Positions 12,156-23,300 of a stretch of DNA of 64,000 nucleotides are shown here, one piece after another (position 1 is the first letter of the stretch; each line of letters starts with the position of its first letter). Origin of the DNA: Sporopachydermia quercuum (taxonomy: Eukaryota); assembly GCA_001599295.1 (NCBI GenBank), contig BCGN01000006.1:992001-1056000 (forward strand), given 5' to 3'. The notes beneath the pieces were generated by a model. That model did no database searches and was not told where the DNA came from. It worked only from the letters and a program-made list of their open reading frames with translations. Made by a program: the position numbers and the translations under genes.

Positions 12156-14534
12156 CTATATGTAACTGACTAGATGTGATTGTAGCATTGGTCCATTGAA
12201 TGTTAAAGTCTCTTCATGTTTAACTACTAGATCTTCCTGTCCCTGAGACTTGACTCCTGATTCCTGTTCCTGCCTTTGATCTTTCTTCTTATGCACCTTC
12301 ATATGCTTTGCGAGGTTAGAACTCTCGCTAAACCTCTTCCCACAACCAGGGTATTTGCATACTAATGGCTTTTCCCCAGTATGAATTCTCATATGGACAG
12401 ACAAAGCCGTAGCAGCAGCAAAACTCTTCCCACAACCTGGATGAGTACAATGAAAAGGCTTTATACCCGAGTGGGTTCTCTCATGCTGTTGTAGTAGGTG
12501 GGCTTCAGCAAATCCCTGTCCACAACGTGAGCATTTGAAAGGCCTGTAGTTTGTATGAATATGCAAATGTCTTAATAGCTTTTGGCGTTGAACAAAAGGC
12601 TTATCTCTAGTACAGCCAGCCCAATCGCAGGTATAAGATGATTTTCTAGTAGGTATATGATCAGAGGTGATATGGTCTGAAAGGTCTTTTTCCGAGTGGA
12701 ACTCGAGGTTGCAGATCCCATTTGGAGTTTTCCATTTACAAGTGTGTATGGCATGTTTTGATGAATACGGGTTATCATTGCTGTTGGCCGTCTCATTGTT
12801 GCGCATGTCATTGCGGGCAGCATTAACAGCAGTAGTAGCATCTCCCATCCGTTTCTGAACGATTGATCTGCTATCTGATGCTGGATTTGGTTGTCCCTTG
12901 TTTAAACTGCTCCTCCTTTCAACTTTCCTCGGATGGGCCTTNACTGACTGCATGTTAGAACTGGAGTTCCAATGAGAGCTGTCTTTTCTATCCGATACTC
13001 TTCCTATACCATGGGAGGAATGAATATGGTCCATCAAGCAGAAAATGTCATCTGATTTGAAATCACAGGAATTCCACTCACACATGAAAGGATTGATCGT
13101 TTCCATATAATGCGTAGCAGGATTATGATCTAATAGACAGTTCTGTATAGAAGAGTGTATATGCTGTTGCGGATGATTGTGATCATTATCACGATGATCA
13201 TAAGAGTTAAAACCCTTTGAAGAATACTGAACAACAGACCCGTCAGCAGTACTACTTTTCGTTTTATCTTCATTGCAGATCTTATTGGTATCATAAACAT
13301 TAGAATGAGTACTTGCACTATGAGAGTTAAAGATATGATCATTGAGTAAATGAGACTCTAAGGATATTTCATCGGAGTAGCTTGTATTACAGGTATCCCA
13401 TAAGCACTTCGTAGTATCTCCCATGTTCATAAAAGAAACGTTATTGCTATTGTTATCCTCCCTATGACTATTCTTGTTGTCGCTTTGAGATACCATATAA
13501 TTGGCCTGTGTGGTGTTCGTAGTAGGACTGGTAGTATAACTATTATTGCTACTGTGGTTATAACTATTCGTTGGAGAAGATGTATTGCTTGTCGATGATG
13601 CAGCAGGGGATATCACATGGTTAGCAGAAACAGGTTGAAATGATCCATAGAAATCTATAGGTTCGTTTTCCTTTTTCACATTCATGTTCAAGTTGATGCC
13701 CATGTTCATGTTCATATTCATGTCTATATGCATACTACCATAGAGCTCGTTGTTTATATCATCAGGATTCTCTATTGATCGTATTTTCAAAGGACTTTTG
13801 TTGTATTTATGAGCAGATACGGAAGGTTTGGTGATTTTAGACCGGATGTTACTCAAAGCACCGCCAGCCATTTTCTCATTGGTCAGCGAGCATAGATTCT
13901 GTTCATAGCACATGAGGGTCGTTGCAGTATGGCCATTATGCGATGAGCTTTGGCTTTGAAGAACGTCTGCGCATTCGTTACAAGAGCAGCAGTGTGGTTG
14001 TTCTAGTATATTAGTGATGGCACCATCTCTAATGGAATCTTTGTACTGTTGAAGTTGCTGTTGGTGCTGATGTGCAGGGCTTGAGAACTCCACAGGGTTT
14101 TGTAAATGCTTTGAATCTTTATGGGGAGAAGTAAATGCAGAAAGAAAAGAGATCGTTTCGGTTGGATTGCATTCATAGCATACACCACCAAAAATATCAT
14201 TCGAACAGCTCTCGTTGCACATTTCATTGCATGCTTCACTGCACCATAAGTTCAGTTTTTCAATTTCTTGATCAGTCAGCAAGTGATCATGATCATGATC
14301 ACAACTGCTGCACACTTCCGGAGAAAACATGTCCTGAGGCAGAGAATCTAATACTTTATGATGCTGTGGGTAATGGTGATGATGGTGAGACTCGCTGACG
14401 TCTACATGATCGGCACAGGTTATTGATGTCAGTAAGTTCTCTGTAGCAATGTCTGTATGGGTTTTGTCACTGCAACATATCACATCGATACATGGATAAA
14501 CATGTCCAGTGGGATGGGGTTTTTTTTCTTGCAT
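12156..14534 (-). CDS. ZAP1: Zinc-responsive transcription factor Zap1/Csr1 (7 C2H2 fingers, Cys/His-rich N-terminus)
   Basis: Seven C2H2 fingers including CxW-type fingers, FVQRQKLLRHL and KRFSESSNLAKH; a Cys/His-rich activation region; perfect ZREs upstream. Confidence 0.88.
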   Translation of the reverse strand: MQEKKPHPTGHVYPCIDVICCSDKTHTDIATENLLTSITCADHVDVSESHHHHHYPQHHKVLDSLPQDMFSPEVCSSCDHDHDHLLTDQEIEKLNLWCSEACNEMCNESCSNDIFGGVCYECNPTETISFLSAFTSPHKDSKHLQNPVEFSSPAHQHQQQLQQYKDSIRDGAITNILEQPHCCSCNECADVLQSQSSSHNGHTATTLMCYEQNLCSLTNEKMAGGALSNIRSKITKPSVSAHKYNKSPLKIRSIENPDDINNELYGSMHIDMNMNMNMGINLNMNVKKENEPIDFYGSFQPVSANHVISPAASSTSNTSSPTNSYNHSSNNSYTTSPTTNTTQANYMVSQSDNKNSHREDNNSNNVSFMNMGDTTKCLWDTCNTSYSDEISLESHLLNDHIFNSHSASTHSNVYDTNKICNEDKTKSSTADGSVVQYSSKGFNSYDHRDNDHNHPQQHIHSSIQNCLLDHNPATHYMETINPFMCEWNSCDFKSDDIFCLMDHIHSSHGIGRVSDRKDSSHWNSSSNMQSXKAHPRKVERRSSLNKGQPNPASDSRSIVQKRMGDATTAVNAARNDMRNNETANSNDNPYSSKHAIHTCKWKTPNGICNLEFHSEKDLSDHITSDHIPTRKSSYTCDWAGCTRDKPFVQRQKLLRHLHIHTNYRPFKCSRCGQGFAEAHLLQQHERTHSGIKPFHCTHPGCGKSFAAATALSVHMRIHTGEKPLVCKYPGCGKRFSESSNLAKHMKVHKKKDQRQEQESGVKSQGQEDLVVKHEETLTFNGPMLQSHLVSYI

Positions 14535-15000
14535 GATAATAATAGATTGTTGTATGTGTAGTGTGAAGTGTTGATAAATGTATGAATATTGATAACTGGC
14601 AGTTGGGAGGTACTATGGTATAGGAAAGACGCTGACAGGAACTCGGTTATTTAACTCTCAAGAAAATTAGTCGTTGTATATTCTACTGGATCGCTGAAAA
14701 CCTCAAGATCCTCGAATTCTTCTCTATAAGCTTGAATCTTTACAACGAGTACTATTCCTTAATCTGTGCAAATCGGCTGTAGACGCATGGGGAGAGTGAT
14801 TATCAATAAAGAACCGCTAGTGTGTTAGTGTCGCTTGGTTCTTCTTTCGCTGATTTCGAGAATTCTTCCTTGAAGAGTGAAAAGTTCTTCCTCTTTTCAG
14901 TGCCTCTCTTTTCTCTGTCAGTCTTTGAATGGTCAGCCGGCAGTTACCATTTCCCGGCAGGTGATAAACACAACACAATAGAAGAAAAAGCTCATTCATT

Positions 15001-15011
15001 ACCTTGAAGGT
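15001..15011. promoter_or_regulatory. Zinc-responsive element (ZRE) ACCTTGAAGGT
   Basis: Exact match to the Zap1 consensus ACCTTNAAGGT, about 470 bp upstream of the ZAP1 ATG. Confidence 0.85.
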
Positions 15012-15354
15012 CATAAATAATTGATTTGTATGTAGAAGGAAGGGAAGAGACCATTCAGGTGTTATGGGACGCAGAAGCGTGAAGGGGAGTCGGGAGATTG
15101 GGAATCTAACCATATTAAATGTGATGAGTGCAAAGAGTTTGTTCCGAAATCTATGTCTACTAATTAGATTTTTTGGAACTTTTGATCTAGTCACTGTGTT
15201 TTGAATAGAAATACGTTGTTTTGGTGAGAAAACATTGGGAGTGAATGTCATGATCTGAGCATATGAAGGAGTAGTAGTGCCTGATTAGGTAATCATCCAT
15301 TTGCTTAACAGACTCAAGCTTAGATCCCAAAATGGAAGTTGATCAATGAAAAGT

Positions 15355-15365
15355 ACCTTTAAGGT
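15355..15365. promoter_or_regulatory. Zinc-responsive element (ZRE) ACCTTTAAGGT within a 23-bp palindrome
   Basis: Exact consensus match, extending to AAAAGTACCTT-T-AAGGTACTTTT (15349-15371). Confidence 0.85.
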
Positions 15366-16261
15366 ACTTTTTGTTGGTGAATAGTTTTATGGGGTTGAAT
15401 ATGAAATTTGCGTAAGAAAAGTCGATGAGGAACGAGTACAGCAAAATTNCGTATAGTACACAACTAGTAAAGTGTATTTTCACTTATAAGTGAGTATAAA
15501 TAACTGGTTGTGTCTGGCAAATCTCAGTAGCATATGCACGTTGAATGAACAGTACTATTTTCTACATTCCTCCATGAATAAGTGTATTATTTTGTGGCAC
15601 ACCCTATAACAACTGAGACCAAAACAATAAATTCAACGTAAAAGTCACTCTCAAGTCGATTACTTTTACCTACAATGCACACAGTGCAATTGTAATTCTC
15701 AGATAACCAGCTAGCTTTCTATTATAATGTCTACCTCATCACTTCATCACTCTTATCACCAACATGACATCTCAACTCGGATTAGTCTCTCCTGCACTGA
15801 TATGCGTGTTCATGCATTACATATGCTTTTAATCTCTCTTATCTAATCAATTACCACGTGATAACATCAACACCCAAAATTCCACTGTCCCTAAGAAGGC
15901 TTTTTAATGGCAAGTGAAATGAAATGAATTGAATGATGTAAACTGTGATGTAGTAACAATCCAATGGCAATTGACTAATAGTAATGCAGGGCACCTTTCT
16001 ACTTCGTCAATGTATTTGAATATCGGTTGAGAAGTGCTATTATCATTTGTTCAGAAGTAATCAATTCACTCTGTTTTACTTCTTCTATCCTTCAACCAAC
16101 TTTTGATTTGTCAATTGATTAATTTATCAGACAGTTAGTGTTGCTCANAATCCAATCAATCAGTTCATTTTTCATACAACTAATTGATTAAGGATATTAA
16201 GAATCAGNTTGATCAACTTATCTGTCTTTTCCTTGAAAGTGGTTTCAAGTTGTGATAACCA

Positions 16262-17287
16262 ATGTTCAGATTGCAGAATTTAGCCAATCAATTAAGGAAG
16301 TTCACAACATCAACACCAAACATGACAGACCCATCAAAGTACATTCTCAATCATACTTGCTTACGAGTTAAGGATCCCAAAGTCTCAGTTCCTTTCTACG
16401 AAAAGAACTTTGGGCTATCTCTGTTGAGAAAGATTTCATTCCCAGAGAAAGAATTTGACCTTTATTTGCTTGGTTTAGAGGAGGAGAATTCGCCCAGTAA
16501 AGGGAAGATTTGGACTGATAGAACTGGTGTTTTAGAATTGTGCCACAACTATGGAACAGAAACTTCAGACTGGAAAGCAAACAATGGTAATCAAGACCCT
16601 CACCGTGGATTTGGTCATATCTGCCTTTCTGTTGAAAAAATTAACCTTGTATGCGATACCTTGTTGAAGAATGGTGTTAAGTTTCAAAAAAAGCTTACAG
16701 ATGGTAGACAAAAGGACATTGCTTTTGCATTGGATCCTGACGGATATTGGATTGAATTGATTCAAAACCATTCGTTCAAAGAATCTGAAGGCGAGAAGAC
16801 ATACGACGTCAGCTCATTCCGATTGAACCATTCTATGGTAAGAGTAAAGGACCCTAAAGAGTCATTGGACTTCTACGTCAATAAGCTTGGAATGACCCTT
16901 CTCAGAACTGCTGAATTTGAAGCAGCTAAATTCACATTGTACTTCTTGACATATCCTTCTGAGGAGTTCAAAAGCAAATATGCTTCCAATGATTATCCTA
17001 AAGAAGTTGTCTCTTCATTTGAAGGTATTCTTGAATTAACATGGAACTGGGGAACTGAATCTGATCCTGAGTTCAAGGGTTATCACAACGGTAATACTGA
17101 TCCCAAGGGATTTGGCCATATTGGTATTGCAGTTGACAATGGGGAAGCTGCTTGCAAAGCATTTGCTGAAAAAGGATGCCCCTTCAACCTGGAATGGAAC
17201 AAAGGCTTCATTCCTAAGATTGCTTTCCTCAGAGATCCTGATGGATATGCAATTGAAGTTTTTGAAAGAGATTTTGATCTTAAATAA
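16262..17287 (+). CDS. GLO1: Glyoxalase I (lactoylglutathione lyase), two-domain monomeric type
   Basis: Duplicated VOC domains: LNHTCLRVKDP / LNHSMVRVKDP, LELCHNYGTE / LELTWNWGTE, GFGHI and DPDGY. Confidence 0.96.
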   Translation: MFRLQNLANQLRKFTTSTPNMTDPSKYILNHTCLRVKDPKVSVPFYEKNFGLSLLRKISFPEKEFDLYLLGLEEENSPSKGKIWTDRTGVLELCHNYGTETSDWKANNGNQDPHRGFGHICLSVEKINLVCDTLLKNGVKFQKKLTDGRQKDIAFALDPDGYWIELIQNHSFKESEGEKTYDVSSFRLNHSMVRVKDPKESLDFYVNKLGMTLLRTAEFEAAKFTLYFLTYPSEEFKSKYASNDYPKEVVSSFEGILELTWNWGTESDPEFKGYHNGNTDPKGFGHIGIAVDNGEAACKAFAEKGCPFNLEWNKGFIPKIAFLRDPDGYAIEVFERDFDLK

Positions 17288-17470
17288 ACAGAGTGTGTAT
17301 CGTTTAGTGAATACAATATAAGAGTAAAATTTGTACATCTACTATCGTCCTATACCTTGAGATAACGGACGTAGATAATAAACTTCTATTGACACTACAC
17401 AAAATTCCCATTACTATCTCCTGTAAAGGTATTTGATACAACTATACTACGTAAATACTGTCTACTATAT

Positions 17471-17965
17471 TCATTTTTCTTCCAAAGGAGCAAAATTCAA
17501 AGAAACAGAATTTACGCAATGCCTCTCATCAGTAGGCGTGCTGTATCCTTCGCCTTTGAAGATGTGCCCTAGATGACCATCACAATTTGCACATCTCATC
17601 TCTATTCTTTCCATTCCAAGTGTGAAATCACGATAAACGTTTATAGCACCAGGAATTGCATCATAAAACGCTGGCCATCCGCAACTAGACTTGAACTTGG
17701 TAGTTGATTCATACAATGGTGCATCACAGCCTGCACAATGATAAATGCCTGGTTTATCAAAGTTATCATATTTTCCAGTAAAAGGTCTTTCAGTGGCTTG
17801 TTTCCTAAGAACAGAGAATTGTTCCTGACTCAGCCTTGCTCTCCATTCGCCATCTGACAGTTGAACTTTTACTGGTTTGTTCTTTACTTGATCCAAAGGC
17901 ATTTTCACTGCTGAGAACGTACTAAATCGGAGTCTATGCACAGTGTTAATAATCCGAGCACTCAT
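17471..17965 (-). CDS. MXR2: Peptide methionine-R-sulfoxide reductase MsrB
   Basis: TERPFTG, two CxxC Zn ligands (CAGC, CANC), SSCGWPAF, HLGHIF and RHCVNS. Confidence 0.95.
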   Translation of the reverse strand: MSARIINTVHRLRFSTFSAVKMPLDQVKNKPVKVQLSDGEWRARLSQEQFSVLRKQATERPFTGKYDNFDKPGIYHCAGCDAPLYESTTKFKSSCGWPAFYDAIPGAINVYRDFTLGMERIEMRCANCDGHLGHIFKGEGYSTPTDERHCVNSVSLNFAPLEEK

Positions 17966-18663
17966 ATATGTTTATGGGATTACAAGTTCAGATATTGTCT
18001 TATCTAGTAAAATGGATACTGCACTTCTCAGTTGTATAATCTCACAGATAATGAATTAGCAGTCAATTGTCAGATCATCCAACTAGCAGTAATTTGTAAT
18101 CCTCCTCTCTATACATTGACCATGTATATTTCCAATAAATAAATGTCTAATAAGCAGATCAACATTCGCCTCTTCCATAATACAAGGATTAATTCTTCTA
18201 ACGATTATGTACGAAAATGTCACAGAGCATATCACATATGACAGATAACAAAGTGTAACAGAATAATATGACACAATATGACAGACATGTCAAGTACAAG
18301 TAAGCAGNTANTATGAGACGGAAGTTATGCCCTTGAACTATTTCCGAAATAAAATAAGTTTTTAACATACATTGTCTGTGCACAATAGTGCATAGAACCT
18401 AATTTATGGCGGAAATTCCGTTTTACTTAGTCAAAGGAAGGAAATAAAGAAGTAAGAGAAATTAGTGAATGAGAGATGATTCCTTGCNTAGATAGAACAG
18501 ACGAGAACGAATGTATATGAATATAAGCTATATACATGATCCAGATTGCTAACTATTGGTTGATTTATACTAGCCAGACATTAACAAAAAGCATATAAAT
18601 TTATGAGAGTGTTGAGAATTTGAGCTCCTATTTCAGTACTTGGCAATCAATCAACTCCTCGTC

Positions 18664-19167
18664 ATGTTTTCAAGAACCCCTCGAGAGAATATAGAGCCCG
18701 CAAGTGTTGATCCCGTCTCACAAGGCCAAGACATAACCGACCAAGAAGTTGATGACATTCATAGATTTCCAGTAAGTACAGTACAGTTTTCTTGGAGGAT
18801 TGAAAGTAGCCTCACATTGCATTCAACATTTCTAACGAGAATACAGGATACTATGAAATGCTCACAGGCATTTGACGAACTAGTTGAATGCGTTTCATTA
18901 GGAGGACAATTTAGAAACTATTATAGATACGGAGAAATGACACCATGCACGCGACAGAACCAAAAGCTGAGATTTTGTTTGAAAACTATGATCAAACCTG
19001 AAGATTTGAAGAAACAAATGATCCAGACGTTTTATAAGAATAGACTGGAAACAGATAAGCTAAGAGGTAGTAGTGAAGACGTGTGGTCAATACGCGAGAG
19101 ACCTTTGGTGAATCCCTTCAAAGAGAATATTGAATTCCATACGGAGAAAAGTGAACAGTTCGAGTAA
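18664..19167 (+). CDS. EMI1: Emi1 twin-CX9C protein; exons 18664-18771 and 18847-19167
   Basis: MKCSQAFDELVECVSLGGQFRNYYRYGE, CTRQNQKLRFC and GSSEDVW are Emi1-family motifs. Confidence 0.85.
   Translation: MFSRTPRENIEPASVDPVSQGQDITDQEVDDIHRFPVSTVQFSWRIESSLTLHSTFLTRIQDTMKCSQAFDELVECVSLGGQFRNYYRYGEMTPCTRQNQKLRFCLKTMIKPEDLKKQMIQTFYKNRLETDKLRGSSEDVWSIRERPLVNPFKENIEFHTEKSEQFE
18772..18846 (+). other. Intron of EMI1 (75 nt, phase 0, no in-frame stop)
   Basis: GTAAGT ... TTCTAAC ... ATACAG; removal gives RFP|DTMKC. Confidence 0.8.
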
Positions 19168-20392
19168 TTGGAGCATGGTTATTTTTAATGACTTCAACAA
19201 CATGTATATAGATAGATAAGACAGCAAGAGATGTACTTAATTGATCAATGAACATATGATATGTATAAGAGAAGACTAACTAATATGCAGCCTGATTTCA
19301 AGGACGCACCAAGGAGAGAATAGCAAGACAAATTATCACGATGAAGAGAGCGACATGCTCCGTAAGCCGTAAACACAAGTATAGTATGATTGATGAACTA
19401 TAGATCCCTAGATCCATTGGTAATCTCTAGCCGTAGGAACTTCTCTTCATTGCTGTTAAAGAGTATGCGGTGATATATCACAGTTTAATCCCAGTGAAAT
19501 GTTTCGAATTCGACTTTCCTATCAATTTCTTAGGCCCAATAGTCAAATCTGTGAAAATAGCAGTTCTCTCATTCATTCACTCAATCAATCATTCAATCAT
19601 CGAACATTTTGTTCACCGAGGAGGTTATTCTTGTTTACGTATGCATAAACATGCATATTCATACATCTGCTTCGAGACTATATTCTCCCTCATTTAGTAA
19701 GCAGAAAAAATGCAGTGGATTACTTGCATCCAGCAACAATTTGAATATGAAAAGCCACCCAGCTATGTTTATTAAGCAAAAACAAATGTGAATCCGCCAT
19801 TAATTTCCTTTCAATTCAAAACCCTACTTTTTACCTTATCCCAATCAATCATCATTACACTCCTATTGGGAAGGCTCTGAGTCCATTTTCATGCACTCTC
19901 ATGCACAATGCTCATCACGTACCTACATCATACAAACAAAAAGACCATTAGCTCATTGACTCCATCTGCCAAGCAATCACAACAGATCAGCTTCTCTTAA
20001 TTATGTATTTCCACTGTTTTGTATGCAAGAATCATTGTGAATAGACTCTCTAATTGAACTATAGATAGCCTCATATATCAACACACACAGCAGAAAAAGG
20101 AAATAACTTATAGATGTCAAGTAATAGATTTTAATTACTCTATGCTCTCCTTGCTACCTAGCTTGTTCTGCACTCTCTTGCCAGCAAAATAGATGGAGAG
20201 ATAGTTCATAGTACACTATTACTTTTATGAAGGACTCTTTATCAGACACTTTGTTTTCAAATTCTTACTTGATATCAGCTGCTTACTTGGTTCTTATTGT
20301 TTTCAAGCCGCTAGATAGACAAACCAATCAATGGAGCATCTCTTCATTGCATATCTTCCTAGTTATCTGCACTTTCTTCACTCTCACATATT

Positions 20393-23300
20393 ATGCCTCT
20401 TGACTCAGAATCAACTCCTTTACTAGGGACCCCAAAATTAGTAGTAACCGATAACAACAAGACTAGCAATAATGGAGATTCAGACGGTAATCTTAAAAAC
20501 CACAGAACGATCGACCCCCAATCAAATGCGGCAAGCAACCCTAATAAAATGGGCACCTTCTTTGGTGTCTTCGTTCCTACAACATTGAACGTGCTTTCTA
20601 TTCTGATGTTTCTTCGATTTGGATTCATTATAGGCCAAGCAGGAATTCTAGGATCATTAGGTCTTTTGCTTGCCTCTTATGCCCTAGATCTACTGACTAC
20701 ACTTTCCATCTCTGCTATCTCTACCAATGGTACTGTTCGTGGAGGTGGGAATTACTATATGATCAGTAGATCATTGGGCCCAGAATTCGGTGGAAGCATT
20801 GGAATTGTTTTCTATGTCGGACAAGTTTTGAATGCAGGTTTGAACATCGTGGGATTCTGCGATCCGCTATTATCAAGCTTCCCCAATCTTCCTGATTCTC
20901 CTTCGTATCAAATCCTCTACTCTACGCTGGTACTTATAGTCGTAACAGGTATATGTCTTATTGGAACATCAGCAGTTAGTAGATCATCAGTGGTTCTATT
21001 AGCTATTTTATTAATAGCCACTTTATCTATTCCTGTGTCTCTTATGATACCAAGAACTGTTCATCATCCTAGCTATGATCTAGATCATGTAGGCATATCA
21101 TGGGACAACTTCATCAACAACTTATTCCCGAATTTCACGAAACATGCAGCTGGCAGTCAAATAAGCAAACGGGAATCCTTCAGAAATCTATTTGGTATTT
21201 TATTCCCTGCTACTGCCGGAATCTTTGCTGGCGCTTCTATGTCTGGCGATCTCAAGAACCCGTCGAGATCTATTCCTCAAGGTACTTTAAATGGATTGCT
21301 AGTAACATTTATCTGCTACTTTTTAGTTATAGTATTTATGGGAGCTGGAATCCCCAGGGAAATCCTGTACATCGATGTTCAAGTTATTCAGAATGTATCG
21401 TTTTCCCGAGCACTGATTCTAGCTGGAGAGTTCTCCACTTCGTTGTTTTCGGCTATTATGGGTATAGTTGGAGCGGCCAAGCTTCTACAGGCAATTGCTC
21501 GTGATAATATTCTACCAGGGCTGACAGTATTCAGCAAAGGAACGAAAAAGTCTGATGACTCGGTTGAGTCCATACTATTCTCCTATTTACTTACTCAAGT
21601 GACTATCTTCTTTAATATCAATAAGATTGCTACGTTCATTACTATGGCATTTCTTCTAACGTTTTTTGTCACGAATCTTGCTTGTTTCCTACTGAAAATC
21701 TCCAGTGCACCTAATTTCAGACCCTCGTTTGCTTATTTCAACTGGCAAACTGCTTTTACCGCTGGTGTTGGTTGCATCTTTGCTATGTTTGTTGTGGATA
21801 TCTCCGTTACCTGTCTAATGACCATTATCACCATTGGTCTCTTTGTCTTCATTCATTACGTATGCCCTCCCAAACAATGGGGAGACGTTTCCCAAGCTCT
21901 GATTTATCACCAGGTGAGAAAATACCTGCTGTTGTTAAAGCAAGATAATGTGAAGTACTGGCGGCCTCAGATTCTGTTATTGGTAGACAATCCAAGAACT
22001 GCTTGGGGCTTGCTGAAGTTCTGCAACTACTTGAAAAAAGGCGGATTATACATCATAGGCCATGTTGTAGTTGTTCAGAACTTTCAACAGTCATACAGTG
22101 AATTAAAGAAGCAACAACAGTCATGGACTAAGCTTAGAGACGTCAGTGGTATCAAAGCGTTTGTTCAAATAGCTGCTGGAACTGATCTTGCTTGGGGCGT
22201 CAGAAACGTTTACTTGGGCTCAGGTCTTGGAGGAATGAAGCCAAATATAACCGTCCTTGGGTTCTATGAGATGTCTAAGCATAATATTAAAGATGGAGGT
22301 ATTTCATCTGGTAAAAAGAGCTACGATAAAGGTAAAAGTCTACCAACTGATGATTGTAAGCAAGAGGAGACAGTAGGTGTGAGGAAATGGGTTGAAATCG
22401 TTGAGGATTTGCTAGTGATGCGGTCGAATGTGGCTATTGCCAAAGGATTTGAGCATTTAGATCTTCAGCGCGTGGAAGATATGACTTTAGCAGAAACAGA
22501 TGATGGCAAAGGATCGAGGCACAGATACAATAGAAACTATTCTAGCGTTAAAACAGAAGAGCCATTGGTAGATATTGAGAATGCATTACCTATAAACAAA
22601 GATAATACCAGTTCTAGCACTAGTATCAATTTACCCAACTATATTGATTTGTATCCAATTCAGATGTCGGCAGAAGTGATAGACCAAGGAGGAGAAACAA
22701 CTACCATGACAACGAATTTTGATACATACGCATTAATTCTGCAGCTTGGTGCTATTCTGCATACTGTGGAAAAATGGAAGAAAAGTCATAAGCTTCGAGT
22801 GATAGTTTTTGTTGAAACGGAAGAAGAGATAGAGCAAGAGAAAACACGGCTGACATATTTACTAGATAACCTGCGGATTAAGGCAAAAGTATTGGTTTTA
22901 TGTTTCCAGGATGGAAAGTTCAGAACATATAATGCGTTTGTCAAAGGAGAAGGAAAATTAACTCCTCGTATGGAGGAAATTCTGAAGGAAGACAGTTGGT
23001 GGTATGAACTAAAAGAAGCTAGAAGAGCTGGTAGCAGTATTAATGAAGGAACATCAGTTATGACACCATCGAAAGTTATACGAAGAGCATCTACTTCAGG
23101 TTGGAATACGTTCAGTGATTTCGGTCGTATTAGCACTAGGAATGGTGGTAGCAATAACAATAGAAATAACAATGGTAATAATGGCAATAGTATAGATATC
23201 AATGCTAATGTTAGACCAGGTAGATATAGCTATGGTGAATCTAGAGGAGCTTTTTCACTGAGTATGAAAGCTGGAACGCTACCTATAGCTCAAATGAAAG

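Noticed and set aside
14817..15251. 144-aa ORF upstream of ZAP1
   Set aside because: No recognisable domain, and it overlaps a ZRE in promoter DNA, so it is probably spurious.
18452..18573. Possible 5'-UTR intron of EMI1 (GTAAGA..TGCTAAC..TAG)
   Set aside because: The donor is weak and the branch-acceptor spacing (20 nt) is outside the local pattern; it cannot be supported without transcripts.
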